From Trichoplax sp. H2 (lineage: Eukaryota): 57,406 bases of DNA. The notes under the pieces are model-generated. The model made no database searches. It saw only the letters and a program-made list of their open reading frames with translations, and was not told the origin of the DNA. Of the stretch, positions 14,439-26,344 are shown piece by piece (position 1 is the stretch's first letter; the number at the start of each line of letters is the position of its first letter). The stretch covers positions 124,001 through 181,406 of the forward strand of contig NOWV01000158.1 of NCBI GenBank assembly GCA_003344405.1, given 5' to 3'. Position numbers and translations under genes: made by a program.

Positions 14439-14975
14439 AACTACACACACCTCTACTTTAGCCGAATACTACTACTAAAGACTTCTAGAACGAACTAACA
14501 GAATAATCTAAAGTTGCATGCTTTCATACTTTCCGTAGCATTCGCAGCTACTGTACTTTTTACCTAAAGATTTCTTCATGTAAAACGAATAGCTCTAAGG
14601 TAGTAATTTCTGCAGAGTACTGATTATTAAAATAGTATTCGTTATATCGCTAAGGGTGGCCACTGGGCCTTTAAATTTTGATTTCATGTAATATTCTGAT
14701 GAAAATTGAATAAACATAGAATCTTTATAGAGTTTTCTACACAGCCATTTTGATTGTTACATTTTCTTATAACGGTTGTTATCGACAGAGCAAGCTTTGC
14801 TTGCATACGACAGCGATCCTTAGACACATTATAATGATTGGTNNNNNNNNNNNNNNNNNNNNAACTACACACAGCTCTACTTTAGCCGAATACTACTACT
14901 AAAGACTTCTAGAACGAACTAACAGAATAATCTAAAGTTGCATGCTTTCATACTTTCCGTAGCATTCGCAGCTAC
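14439..14975. other. Assembly gap (N 14843-14862) with a 113-bp flank duplicated (14439-14551 = 14863-14975)
   Basis: Near-identical direct repeat that restarts at the first base after the Ns. Confidence 0.9.
14551..14842. mobile_element. Non-coding interspersed element inserted at a TA (MITE-like), truncated by the N gap
   Basis: It is absent from the duplicate copy of the flank (gcagcTAcaatcc at 14968-14980 versus gcagcTActgtactttttacc here). It is a close reverse-complement match to 55587-55863. Confidence 0.7.
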
Positions 14976-16487
14976 AATCCGCATGGCAACCTTTTACCTT
15001 ATTTTACACATAGTTAAATTATTCTTAGTAAGACTATTCTACTGCGGACCATCATTAATCCAATATTGATACGATTATAGTACTTACGTAGACATTATTC
15101 ACACCAGCCAAAGTACAATGAATTAACCATATCCTAATATATGATTTACAGTTCTATTTTTACCTATAGCCATATTAGTAACTCAACAGCTTACTGTACT
15201 GTATATAGTCATCTGTACTCTAGCATAGAGTCTCTATCACTACAGTCTATAGTTACAGCTACCAAATATCTCTTAGGATAAATATCTACCGTACATTATA
15301 CTACACATGGCTAACAGTCTACAATCACAATACTAAGTTACATTACAAGAGCTTATCGTGTAAATAACGATGAATTACTCACGTATTTGACAGTAATTTA
15401 CAACTATATTTGCAAGGAATACTGGGTTCAATAATTCAGAATAACGAAATCAAAACGCTATGTTTAAAACCAATGTAATTGAATGGCAACTAAGACCACT
15501 GATTCAGTTTAATACCAGTATTTTTAATTATAATTAGTTTTATCTATCTTTTGATCTTAGTCTATGTCCCAATGAATGCTAATTTTTATAAGTGCGCTAA
15601 CTAACTACTAGCAGTTAGATTTGATTACGATTAGAAGTAAAATTGTTTTATCTGTTGTTGTAGGCTAGAATATACTTCATATGATTCAATAGTAAAAGCT
15701 ATACGCTGTTTGTATGATTGTAAGTGTTGTAGTAAGAATTTATCTATAAATTTGGTATAGATTAGAGCTTAATAAAGTAGCAAATTATCTACGTTAGCAT
15801 TCCAGTGCTAATGACGTTGCTAGTGCTGATTATTTTACAGAAACTCTCACACCTTTATGGTGTATTATTTTAAGAGGATGTAGACAGGATTTAAGGCGAC
15901 TTAAATCTATTTTATTTTGTTCATTTAATAATTTCTGTGTCGTATTGAGTACTACCAGACGTCGCTACAGTCTGTGAATGCTACCGTTGTACGCCTACAA
16001 ACGTATTGTGTCCATCAATATTGACTAATCATTTAGGATTGCTATTTTATATTAATTTTTCCTTAATTTTTTTTCACCCTAAATCGCCTATCTAGTATGT
16101 ATTCGCTCTTGTAAAGCTATTAGGTAATCAACCGACTGCTATAAGGAATAGCAAATACAAGCTGCTAACCGATTTAAATGGTATAATTTCTGCCACATAT
16201 TGAATGAAAGCTGGCAACGACTTCTTTGACTCTATTTAAATGTCAGGGAAATCACAATCGCGTTACAATGTCCCAATGAATTCCAGACATTTTTTCTTTC
16301 AACAGACTTCCAGTTAATTATGAAAAAAAGCATTATTTATGAAAATGATAATAGCTTATTATTCATAGTCGGCATTACTGTACAGTACATTATCCTGTTC
16401 TTTTACCGCTTCAGTAATAAACAGTGATACGTTCTGGGCAAAGTTGACTAATTTATAGTTTGCTGAGATTTTACAATAGCACAACAA

Positions 16488-16662
16488 GTAGCAGCTAATC
16501 GCAATTGGTAGTTAAGCATGAGTACCAATAACGTAGCAATGCTAGTGTTACGTGGTGGACATTGAATTTAGAATAGGACAAGACGTAGCCACTAATCACA
16601 ATTGGCAGTTAACCACGAGTACCAATAATGCATCAATGCTAGTTTTACGTAGTGGACATTGA
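16488..16662. repeat. Two-copy tandem duplication, period 97 bp
   Basis: GTAGC..CTAATC.CAATTGG.AGTTAA.CA.GAGTACCAATAA...CAATGCTAGT.TTACGT.GTGGACATTGA occurs at 16488 and 16585. Confidence 0.85.
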
Positions 16663-18710
16663 TGATGGTTCTGAATGTTTAACGTTAATGCTTGCTTTTG
16701 TCACTTTGTATTTCACGATTAGAGAGCAACTTATATATTTGATCAGAATCTTTAAAGATACACGGATACGTACATAAGGTTTAAAACAGATCAGAATCAA
16801 TACACGTTAGAGCAGCTTATAAGATGATGGACAGATACATGGGTTATAGCGGCTCTAGAATAATTAGAAGTTCTATCTAGCCGATTTCTCCGAATAACGA
16901 GGCAATTAAAATAACAATCCAAGTTAACGATGTTTTATTGTTCTATCTACAGTACTTAATAGCCTTCCGCGCTTAATACTTGTAGATCTATGGCAGATGC
17001 GTCAGTATATTATTACATTCCTGATGATTAGCTATTCATTGCCGTTTCATAGTGAATTAGAAATATCATAGCATAGGGGTAGAATAACTATAAATATGAA
17101 CTGCTCGTCCATTTTGACCTTATAGCTTCAAGGGTCGCTCTATCCTGAAACACCGTTCATTGTGTTGAATTACCGCTGTATCTCTGTAAGTCGAAAAGTA
17201 GGTTTAATTATTTTCTTGATGCTCCAGATGCAATCAAATACGTTCTTTTGCAATATTAGCATTATGTACAGCATCATTTCTACAATATTGACTGCCTTTA
17301 ATGATCATTTATTATACAATAAAATCCGCTACGCTATAAGTAAAACTGTGGCTAGTTACTTTCCATTCTAATGGCGATGATCTAATTTATGCATGAATTG
17401 CTCTGCGATAGCTTGCTATGATTCTATTAGCAAAATTAGTACGGTAGTAGATTACGCAATATCCTTATTTTTTGAGGCAAAATTCAGGTTAGTCGAAATT
17501 GTTTGCATATTTTGAACCATTGCCGATACCAATATATTTACAAATCTTTCCTCAATGATTTAGAGTTTATCGGAATAATTACAGTATGACTATTTCAAAG
17601 ATTTAAAATATTATACCGATCCGTAGTAGGATGACTACAGTATATAGAATGGGTTGTGTATATCAGAGATATTATTTCTGGTACATTGATAAATCATAGG
17701 GCGTAAAGGCGGGATGAAAATGGTTTAGGCACTTTTGAGATATGTACCACTAATCATTAATGATCTAATGTATGATGTTATAATTAGACAGAAAGCTGTT
17801 TTAATACCATAACTGATGGAATGTTATAATTCAATTGATTGCAGTTAAGATGTCAGAATCATGGTCCTAAGCCCTAGGCCAGGCATCAATTACGCTATCA
17901 CATCGACTTAATTCAGGAAATAGTAGGGCTCGGTCTGCCTTTATTTAGCGGTGTTTAAAGTACTATTTAATTCCTAATCTTATATTTCTAACATCAACTC
18001 AGTTGAGAAACAGACTTAACAATAACCGTAAATATTTTCATAACGTAGACAGTACAAACTTTGCTCGGTTCTTGTTAGTACCGTAGGGTACATTCAATTA
18101 CATTAGGTAACTTTGCTCAAATACATATCCAAGATAAATTTAATTCATACATTATTTAGTCTTAAATTACTTATAATGAATTACTTAGAGGAAATGCTTT
18201 GCCTAAAGATATATTCACTACAGAGTTGAGGGCCATTATACTCATATAAAGTACTATATATTTGCAAATGAAATCATACGTCTACGAGAACATGATTAGC
18301 TGGAACTGAATATCTATAGTCAAATCACACGCGAATAAAGTACGATAATATGCTAGTATAGTTTCAGCTGTCCCTGTATTGCTCTTATACTGAATCATAA
18401 ATATTTTATAATAAATAAATATCTGTCGTAAATATCTTTTTGATACGAAGAATTAAAATAGCACTGTAATTACTTTTTACAATTTCATAAATGTTACGAT
18501 AACTGCATATTGATATAAGCGCTAATTTACGCAGACTGATAGCATTGAATCAAATCTATTCTATTCCGCATCACGTTTTGCAATAGCATACCATTTACTG
18601 ATCTTCTATAACTCAATAGATCGCTTTCCTAGGGCAATACTGATATTAGCTTTGGTCAAAATTAAGTTTTAAGTTGAAGACAACTTTCTTCTTGCAACTT
18701 AACAGTGAGC

Positions 18711-20360
18711 ATGTCTACGTCTACGCGACATGTAAATATTCCAAATGATCACGAATTTACTGAGAATAGGTCTACTGTGTCATCGATGAACAACCTTAAA
18801 GCACTTTGCTTAATCACTTACGCGATTGCCTTAATCCAAATTGCTCTTGCTATCTCCGGACTTATACTTCCTTGCACATTTGGGATCTACATCATCAGTT
18901 TCAACCGGTTTGGTAATACCTACTGGATTGCAGGGCCGGTACGTTCTTTATGTGCTTTGTTGTTATTCGCTGGATAGATTGATAATATCATAATTTGCAA
19001 TATTAGTTGCAATATAGGGATTTTATTAATTTCCTTCGAGCTAAGATTTAAAAATTTTACGTTGGCGCGATTAAGAATCAAATCTTATTTCTAAACCTAG
19101 CCAATGCACCGAGGATGAAGCACGTTGAATATTTATAATATCAAACTGCTTGAACCATATCTAACGATTGCGTTGTTTATAGGTGCTTCTCTATACCTTC
19201 TTAGTTGGATCTACAATCCCCAAAAATAATTCTGGTATGAATAATGTAAGAACATTATCATATAATGGCAAATACAGTAACTTTTAATAATGCATATCGT
19301 ACCCTTATATTGAGTATAATTATCTGGCCGAAAGTATCATACATTAATTGTCTTAATCGAATGGATAACGGTTTAAAGGAACACTTTTAAATATAAGAAA
19401 TTCTTATATGATCTTAACAGCACTTGCAGTCGGCATTTATTTAACTTATCCCCTTTAATTTACATGATTAGTATTGTACAAACTTTCTCATATGTGTTTT
19501 AGTCTTGAAACATGGTGAATACTCGTATTTAATTTCAGGACATGGTAGATTAATTTACTGCATAATGTGTTTCTTATGTAGTTGTAAGCATAATTCTCAT
19601 ATGGTTGAATTCTATAAAAATAACATAACAATTATCTTATCAATCTGATACGCTACGAATTGATTATTTCCCCCAAAAATATTTTCTGCAAAATAGTTAT
19701 AGCAAGGTGCAAACATGTATTCGTATAGTGCGGCAATAAGCGCTGCATTTTGTAATAGCATAATTCCAAAGTGTTCTGTCCTTGATTTAAATCTTTCTAG
19801 ATATCATTTATCAAGATGGGAGCTTTTCTATGTGCGTTATGCATAATAGCCGGGTTTGTAATTTTAGGTCAAACTCTAAAGGTAGCTGGCTTTCTAATAG
19901 CGGATTTAGATTCTGACGATATCTTTCACAGCGACGTTTGCAAAATACCCTTGAATCAAGCTTATACGCCTGCCTTGCTAGTCACTATTCTACAACTCTG
20001 CATTCATATTTTTTATTTTGGAGTCTGCATCAAGTTTATAAGGATAAGTAACAGTCCAAGTGTATCGCTAGAGAGAAATTCTGGCCATAGCTTACTTATG
20101 GTAATGCAACCTAAGCTACCAATTATTAATTTTTTATGATCATGATCTTAATATGGACAGTTAATGATTATCCAAAGTTTGGTTAGCATTAACAGCGATA
20201 TTATCATTATTATTTATATCTGCAGATACAACCACTACCAGAAGAAGCTCCACCCTATGAATTTTGCGATAATACTCAGTACAGAGCTGCATTCGCAATA
20301 GATAAAAGACTGCCAGAAAGTGATATAGATCAAACTCACGATAACAGTTCAAGTTTGTAA
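18711..20360 (+). CDS. MS4A/CD20-like four-transmembrane protein, paralog 3 (~241 aa)
   Basis: Exons 18711-18938 (IALIQIAL...LPCTFGIY...FGNTYWIAGP|gtacgt), 19183-19245 (63 nt, VLLYTFLVGSTIPKNNSGMNN), 19801-20100, and 20226-20360 (IQPLPEEAPPYEFC...SSSL*). The last exon is supported by similarity to the last exon of paralog 5. Confidence 0.88.
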
Positions 20361-21481
20361 TGATAGCGATACCATATGATCATTTTTATTACTGCTACTG
20401 CTTCTAGGCTTTTGCAGTGTGGACTAAGCACATAAAAATTCATTTGAACTCTCTTCTTTCTAAACTAGTTGTAGTATAAAGTACCATTAATGTAACAATT
20501 TAAGATCCCGAAGCTATGCAATTAGATATTTTTGAATTATTAACGATATCTAAGAACTTTAGTGAACGGTACCCAAAAGCACCAATTTCTTCGGATGTGG
20601 ATCCATGATTAGATCAATTTCAAGGTACAACTAGAAGGAAAAATACTCTCTCGCAAGAGATTTATTGATTTAACTGTGCATTCATAATAACCGTATATAT
20701 ATACTATAGTTAATATGATAAAGTACTACGAACTGCTTGGATGTGAATTCTAAATCAAATATTTTCTAGTAATTATGATGATATTAATGTAACTACAGTT
20801 ACCTTAGAATAGAATAAAGCTATGATATCACCAAATACTTGGCGTTACAATGCATATGAAAGATGGTGTAGTTCGACTGGTAATACTGGTTGTCCCCATC
20901 TATAGTGAATCTTATCAGTAATGGTAGCAAATTTTGTTCATTAATGACAGCATAATTTATACTACTTTGTCATAGAGTACAGGATGAACCTGAACGTTTA
21001 ATCTACGTTCTAATTTAATTATTAAAATAGATAGGCCCAATTTATAGTATTGTAAATATAGTAACATTGAACCTATGTGAAATCTATCTTGAGGGATATG
21101 ATAAATCATCAGTTTAATTTTAAATACTTTAAAATGATACATTTAATCCGATATCCCAACGCCTCTGCGTAGCATATAAAAGTTGTTGTAGTTTAATAGA
21201 TTAGTAATGGAACGGTTCAAATTTAGAGTTAGGATTCTGAGGGGAGGAAGACAACACGTAGATTTTTCTCAATCGCGATTAACTATTCCATTTTTGGATA
21301 ATTTTTTGGGTAAAGCAGTCAATTTTCCCCTTCGATAATTCTTTAAAATGCTTTGAGGTTTTCTGTCAAAATTATGATGAATTGATGTTTTTTCTTGGCT
21401 TCAGTTGGAATTCAAAGTATTTACGGAGTACTAGTCTCAATAATTACTCGTCATACTTACTCAGCTTGTAGCCGCTTTAGC

Positions 21482-22306
21482 AAATAAATAAAGCCTAGCT
21501 TAACCTTCATTTCATATGAGCTTGATTTCCATTAAATATTACTACCGCAATTGCATTTAAATTGCCTATTGTGATTTAGAAGGTAAAAATAAAGTGAATC
21601 ATAGGGTGAAGAGATAGAATCTACTATTATGAAAGTTGTAGTGAGAGGTTTAGAGCTTAATAAACTAAGATTGAATTTAGAAAATCAAAGGTTATAAAAT
21701 TGAATTATATCTTGTCACGTTCTGTAATAGTTACATAATTAGTATGTTACCTTCTTTCTATATATGGTTAAATATCACGATGTTATCACGTCAGGCGTAT
21801 ATAGATGTAGTTATGGTACTATATTAAGCTTATCTATATATGTATTCTCATGTTGCCATACTTGGCATGATAGTCTATTTGTAATGACTAAACTAGGGAA
21901 ACCTTTCTGTTAGTGATGATCTTGTGATCTACGTCAGTAGATCAAAGGTCACAATAAAGAAAGTATATAAACTCTTCATTTTAACAATAAAGTTAGTTCT
22001 TCAACTTAATTACTGGGTCTCCTTGCTGAGTGCAGACCTAGTACTTGTTACAAAATNNNNNNNNNNNNNNNNNNNNAAATAAATAAAGCCTAGCTTAACC
22101 TTCATTTCATTTGAGCTTGATTTCCATTAAATATTACTACCGCAATTGCATTTAAATTGCCTATTGTGATTTAGAAGGTAAAATAAAGTGAATCATAGGG
22201 TGAAGAGATAGAATCTACTATTATGAAAGTTGTAGTGAAAGGTTTAGAACTTAATAAACTAAGATTGAATTTAGAAAATCAACGGTTATGAAATCGAATT
22301 ATATCT
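21482..22306. other. Assembly gap (N 22057-22076) with a ~230-bp flank duplicated (21482-21712 = 22077-22306)
   Basis: Near-identical direct repeat with a few SNPs and a 1-nt indel, restarting right after the Ns. Confidence 0.9.
21713..22052 (+). mobile_element. LTR (340 bp), probably the 5' LTR of an element that runs into the assembly gap
   Basis: Starts TGTCAC exactly where the flank diverges from its empty duplicate (atatct|tgtcacg versus atatct|atagc at 22306) and ends GTTACA. Contains AATAAA. No matching TSD follows the CA; only aaat and then Ns. Confidence 0.65.
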
Positions 22307-23027
22307 ATAGCATTTTCTGGCCCATACATATATATAATTATTTTCAGTTGCTATCATCTCTGAATTTTAGTGCCATATCTGCTAATTCTATCTCAAGTTT
22401 TCGCGAAATGCTCTTATCGTAAAGTACACAACTCTTCTTCCTGGCTAGAACTATTTAGCTAATATTTATATAAATATTTCGTAATTTTATAATTATATCA
22501 GCTATTAATAGCAATTTTTCTGCAGTTGTAAGATGAAATTTCATCTCATCATCGTTCCATATCTTTCATTTTAAATTTTTCCTTTCTATTTATGATGAAG
22601 TTGGGATACTTTTATTTCGATATCTGCTCAAAGGCTGATGTTGTGATCGACATAATGACCTCCTAAGAGGTGATAATTACCAATATTACATGACTACGCG
22701 GATAGCCAAAAGGAGAATTAGTAAACATGCTAGCATGCCGATCAGAAACTGACGTTAATCAAACGAAAGGTACTGAACTAAAAATCTCCGTAAACAGCTG
22801 GTGGTAAAATTAAACCTTAATTTTAGAGTTACCACATCACCAATATCAATTTCGCATCTCATTTGGAATCATTTTTAAGTTAGCACCCTGAGGTAGAGAT
22901 TTCAGTATTTCATACTGATCGTTTTCCTTGTAATGCTTTGACTGATACATTATATTTAACAGTCAAGAGATTTTTGCTCTTGTGGTGGCGTAATCTAATT
23001 CAGCAGCGTATGAAATCTGTTATGGCC

Positions 23028-23628
23028 TGTTACGGTTTAAGATATTATGTGATAATGTTATTGAAGAAGAAATAGACGGTTACGATTAGATAATCATAAA
23101 TATTATGATCTGTTAATATTGTGAGATTCAATCGTTAATGGACTTCCATTAACGAATGTGTAGAAGTAAGGTACTTAATATGCCAATGACGTGTAATAAC
23201 CAAAATGGCAGTTGTCACACTTGTAGGGAATCTGTTAGATCTTAAATTGTTAATTGGCGCTATAATATTATTAGCGCATAATAATATCAATTATCACATA
23301 TTTGCTCGATAGTAATTAATAGGATTACAAAGTTATAGAAAAGACTAAGTTATGCATAAGAATAATTAACAGGGGGAAAAGGTGTAGATTTGATACAAGT
23401 ATATAAGAGGTTGTAATTTACCTCGCTAGGGGGGAGGAAAATACGGAGACCTAATAAAGTTAGTTTAGTAAATTTATCCAGACGCTTCTAGTCCGCCTTT
23501 ACTGTTGACTGAGGTCCTTCGCTGAAGTGGAGCGAGTAGTGACGCCTGGTGGCAGGTTTACGGTAGGACAGAGGAGAGTAGGATAAGTAAGAAACGGGAA
23601 TCCGATTGTTGCAAACGACGTTGTGACA
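23028..23628 (+). mobile_element. Solo LTR (601 bp)
   Basis: TGTTAC...GTGACA termini with a perfect 5-bp TSD TGGCC (23023-23027 and 23629-23633). Internal TATATAA near 23400 and AATAAA near 23453. Confidence 0.82.
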
Positions 23629-24883
23629 TGGCCAAACTATTTTTCCGTTTTTCCATTTCTTCATTATACAATAGTAAATAATATAGGACACCTGCTATTA
23701 AATATAGTAGGCAATGTAGAGTCCAGTTCATGTGTCTAGAACAACATTAATTATTTTTCTATAAGTTATGGGCTACCGGTGAGAAGAATGAAATTATGAG
23801 AAGAAATTAGTTCATAAATTAACATGATTATTTATAAAAGTTGAATAATTTCCTGTTGGACGATATCATGCAGCTCTTTATTAGTTGCTGGATAATTATT
23901 ATGCAATATACAGTTATTCGTTATCATTATGTATACGCAATGTGATTGTTTATTGTTCTACTAATATTATCTCTGGAACAGTCGCGTATGTGATGCAAGG
24001 GCACCTTATGGTTAAAGAGTACTTAACGCAAGTCTGAAAATTTTTACTTCTGTGTTTAATAGTAAAAATCGAACCCTACTATCATCTGATAGATTTCCTA
24101 TTTTGTTACAGCTTTTAATTTGAAAATTTAAGAATATTGGACCCAGCAATTAGACCTGTCAATTTGGTATATTTTTGGTTAGTATAGTACTTAACTTTAG
24201 AAAATTCAAGTTTGGTTTAGTTTTTGCTACTGTAATCACATTTCATCTTATAGATTTACTTTGAATGAACAACTCATGGACATTAAACAAAAATCCTATT
24301 ACAGCTACTATATCTAATAGAAAGTGAAAAATATTACATTAACATGATATTGATACTATTTAGTAATCCAATCTACTTAACTCAAGGCATCACTTCTATC
24401 ATTATGACTATTAAATCTGATTACATTTTCCGCTTTTAATAAGAAACTTTTAAAAATAGAAATAGCTAAAATTTTAATCTTTGATTTGTGTACGTGACTA
24501 CTTGATTTAAAGTGCATCAGAGAATTGATCTAACTTTGTATGCCCACCGTAATTAGCGTTTTGTCTCCTAATTAGTCTTTTTAATTTACATAGAATATGC
24601 TGTACTGTAAAATTAATTCTGAAGGCTACAAAAGTAAAAATGAAGAATGAATGGCTACGAAAACACATTCCGAATATATTATAGAATTTAGAAAAGTTAT
24701 TATCGCGACTTAAAATTTTTCATTTCACCTTTTGAGCGATTACATATGTAATAATTTTGTCCAAATGATGATGTTTAGAGAATTCAATGATAAGTTTTTC
24801 TTGCTTTATGTTTTTTAAAAAGTAAATAGTATCAACAAGCACTTGGCCAGTATAAGTTAATAAGTCTTTCATTTTTTTAGAAA

Positions 24884-26344
24884 ATGGCAACTTGCAGTCG
24901 GAAATTAGCAAGTAGTATTAAAGTACTTTGTGGCATTGCTGTATTATTTAGTTTAGTCCAGTTGGTAATTACCGCTATTAGCTTTACCAAACCTTGTCCA
25001 ATCGGGCTCTATTTCACTAGTTACACTCAATATGGAAATGGTTTTTGGGTTGGAGGACCGGTAAGTTTATTAATCACTTCTGTTTATCTTTATTACATAT
25101 TTAAAAATCATGTTTATAATTAAAATAGTTTGAATACTATGGAAGTCAAATTGATTTGTTATAATTAACTAAAATTAGGTTATTGATACAGTATTAGATA
25201 CAGCAAAACTAATCGATTAGGTACTTGGAATAAGTTTCAAAATAATAAGCGATTATGTAGCTACTATCCTTGCTATTTTCTTTAAACTCTACGATACACT
25301 ACTAAAATTTAGATTCACCTATTTTAAATTGTTTGCAGATATTTTTATTATCCGCGTTTATCACTTATGTTGCCCAACACTCATACTTTTCTACAAGGAG
25401 GGTAAGGCATTAATTGTCTACATTATCATTACTGATTATATTCAGTCCAATAAGAACAGTTCAATATCTATAGATAATAGAAATTCTGATGTAATAGCTA
25501 CGTACTTTGCTATCTTTAAGTTCACGATACAATGATTGGGAGGTCCCCATCAAAGCCTTCACGATGTAATCCATTTCTGGAAATCTAATTTTCTTATCAT
25601 ATTTAAATCCGGTTACATTAGGTTGCTTGCGTGAAGGCGGCTGCATATTTATGCGTAGCATGCATCATCGGCGGAGTTGTGGTAGTTGGATTGGCTATAC
25701 GATCACTTGATGTATTACAGTCATACAGAAAAGTTATACGTTTTAATTGCGGTGTTTCTCAAGTTCCGATGTCACAAATCTATGGGCCATTTATAGCTAC
25801 ATCTAGTATGCTGGTTATTTTCTATGCATTCTATCTTGTACTTTGCCTGTGCATCATAAGAATAGATGGCCTCGAACTTGAAAGCATTAAAACTTCGATT
25901 CACATCGGCCAAGCATACTCGTACATGGTAAGCATGGTGTATTTTAAAACGAAATATTGATTTTCTTGCTAAGTGATACGTATTGCTGTAATTTTAAAAT
26001 AAGTTGATATGAAAACAATGAAATATTCAATTTGGCTCATAGCTAGTGCTTAAGAGTAGAAAAATAATTTTAAAAAGATATTCTACCAAAGTTACTGAAT
26101 GTGCCATTACTATCAATTAATTTAAATGAATTTTTGTTCGCATTTGTAAAATTACGGTATTGCTTTACTTTTGATGCTTATTTATTAGTTAGTTCTTGTG
26201 TTTATATTATAAGTATTGATAGGGTTGTAAATTTTATTCTTTTGTATGGAATAATTATCATGATATGAACTATGCATTTAATGTTTCTAGAAGAAGCAAC
26301 CCATATCTTCGTACGAGAATAGCGCTCGAACAAGTAATACATGA
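24884..26344 (+). CDS. MS4A/CD20-like four-transmembrane protein, paralog 4 (~199 aa)
   Basis: Exons 24884-25060 (KPCPIGLY...YGNGFWVGGP|gtaagt), 25339-25401 (63 nt, IFLLSAFITYVAQHSYFSTRR), 25622-25927, and 26291-26344 (KKQPISSYENSARTSNT*, where ISSYE matches IPSYE of paralog 5). Confidence 0.86.

Larger units (their letters stand above)
14367..15347 (-). mobile_element. Solo LTR (family A, ~557 bp net), interrupted by an insertion and an assembly gap
   Basis: Termini TGTGAT...ATTACA are flanked by a perfect 5-bp TSD AGAGC (14362-14366 and 15348-15352). A minus-strand AATAAA lies near 14415. It is homologous along its length to 47950-48502. Confidence 0.8.
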
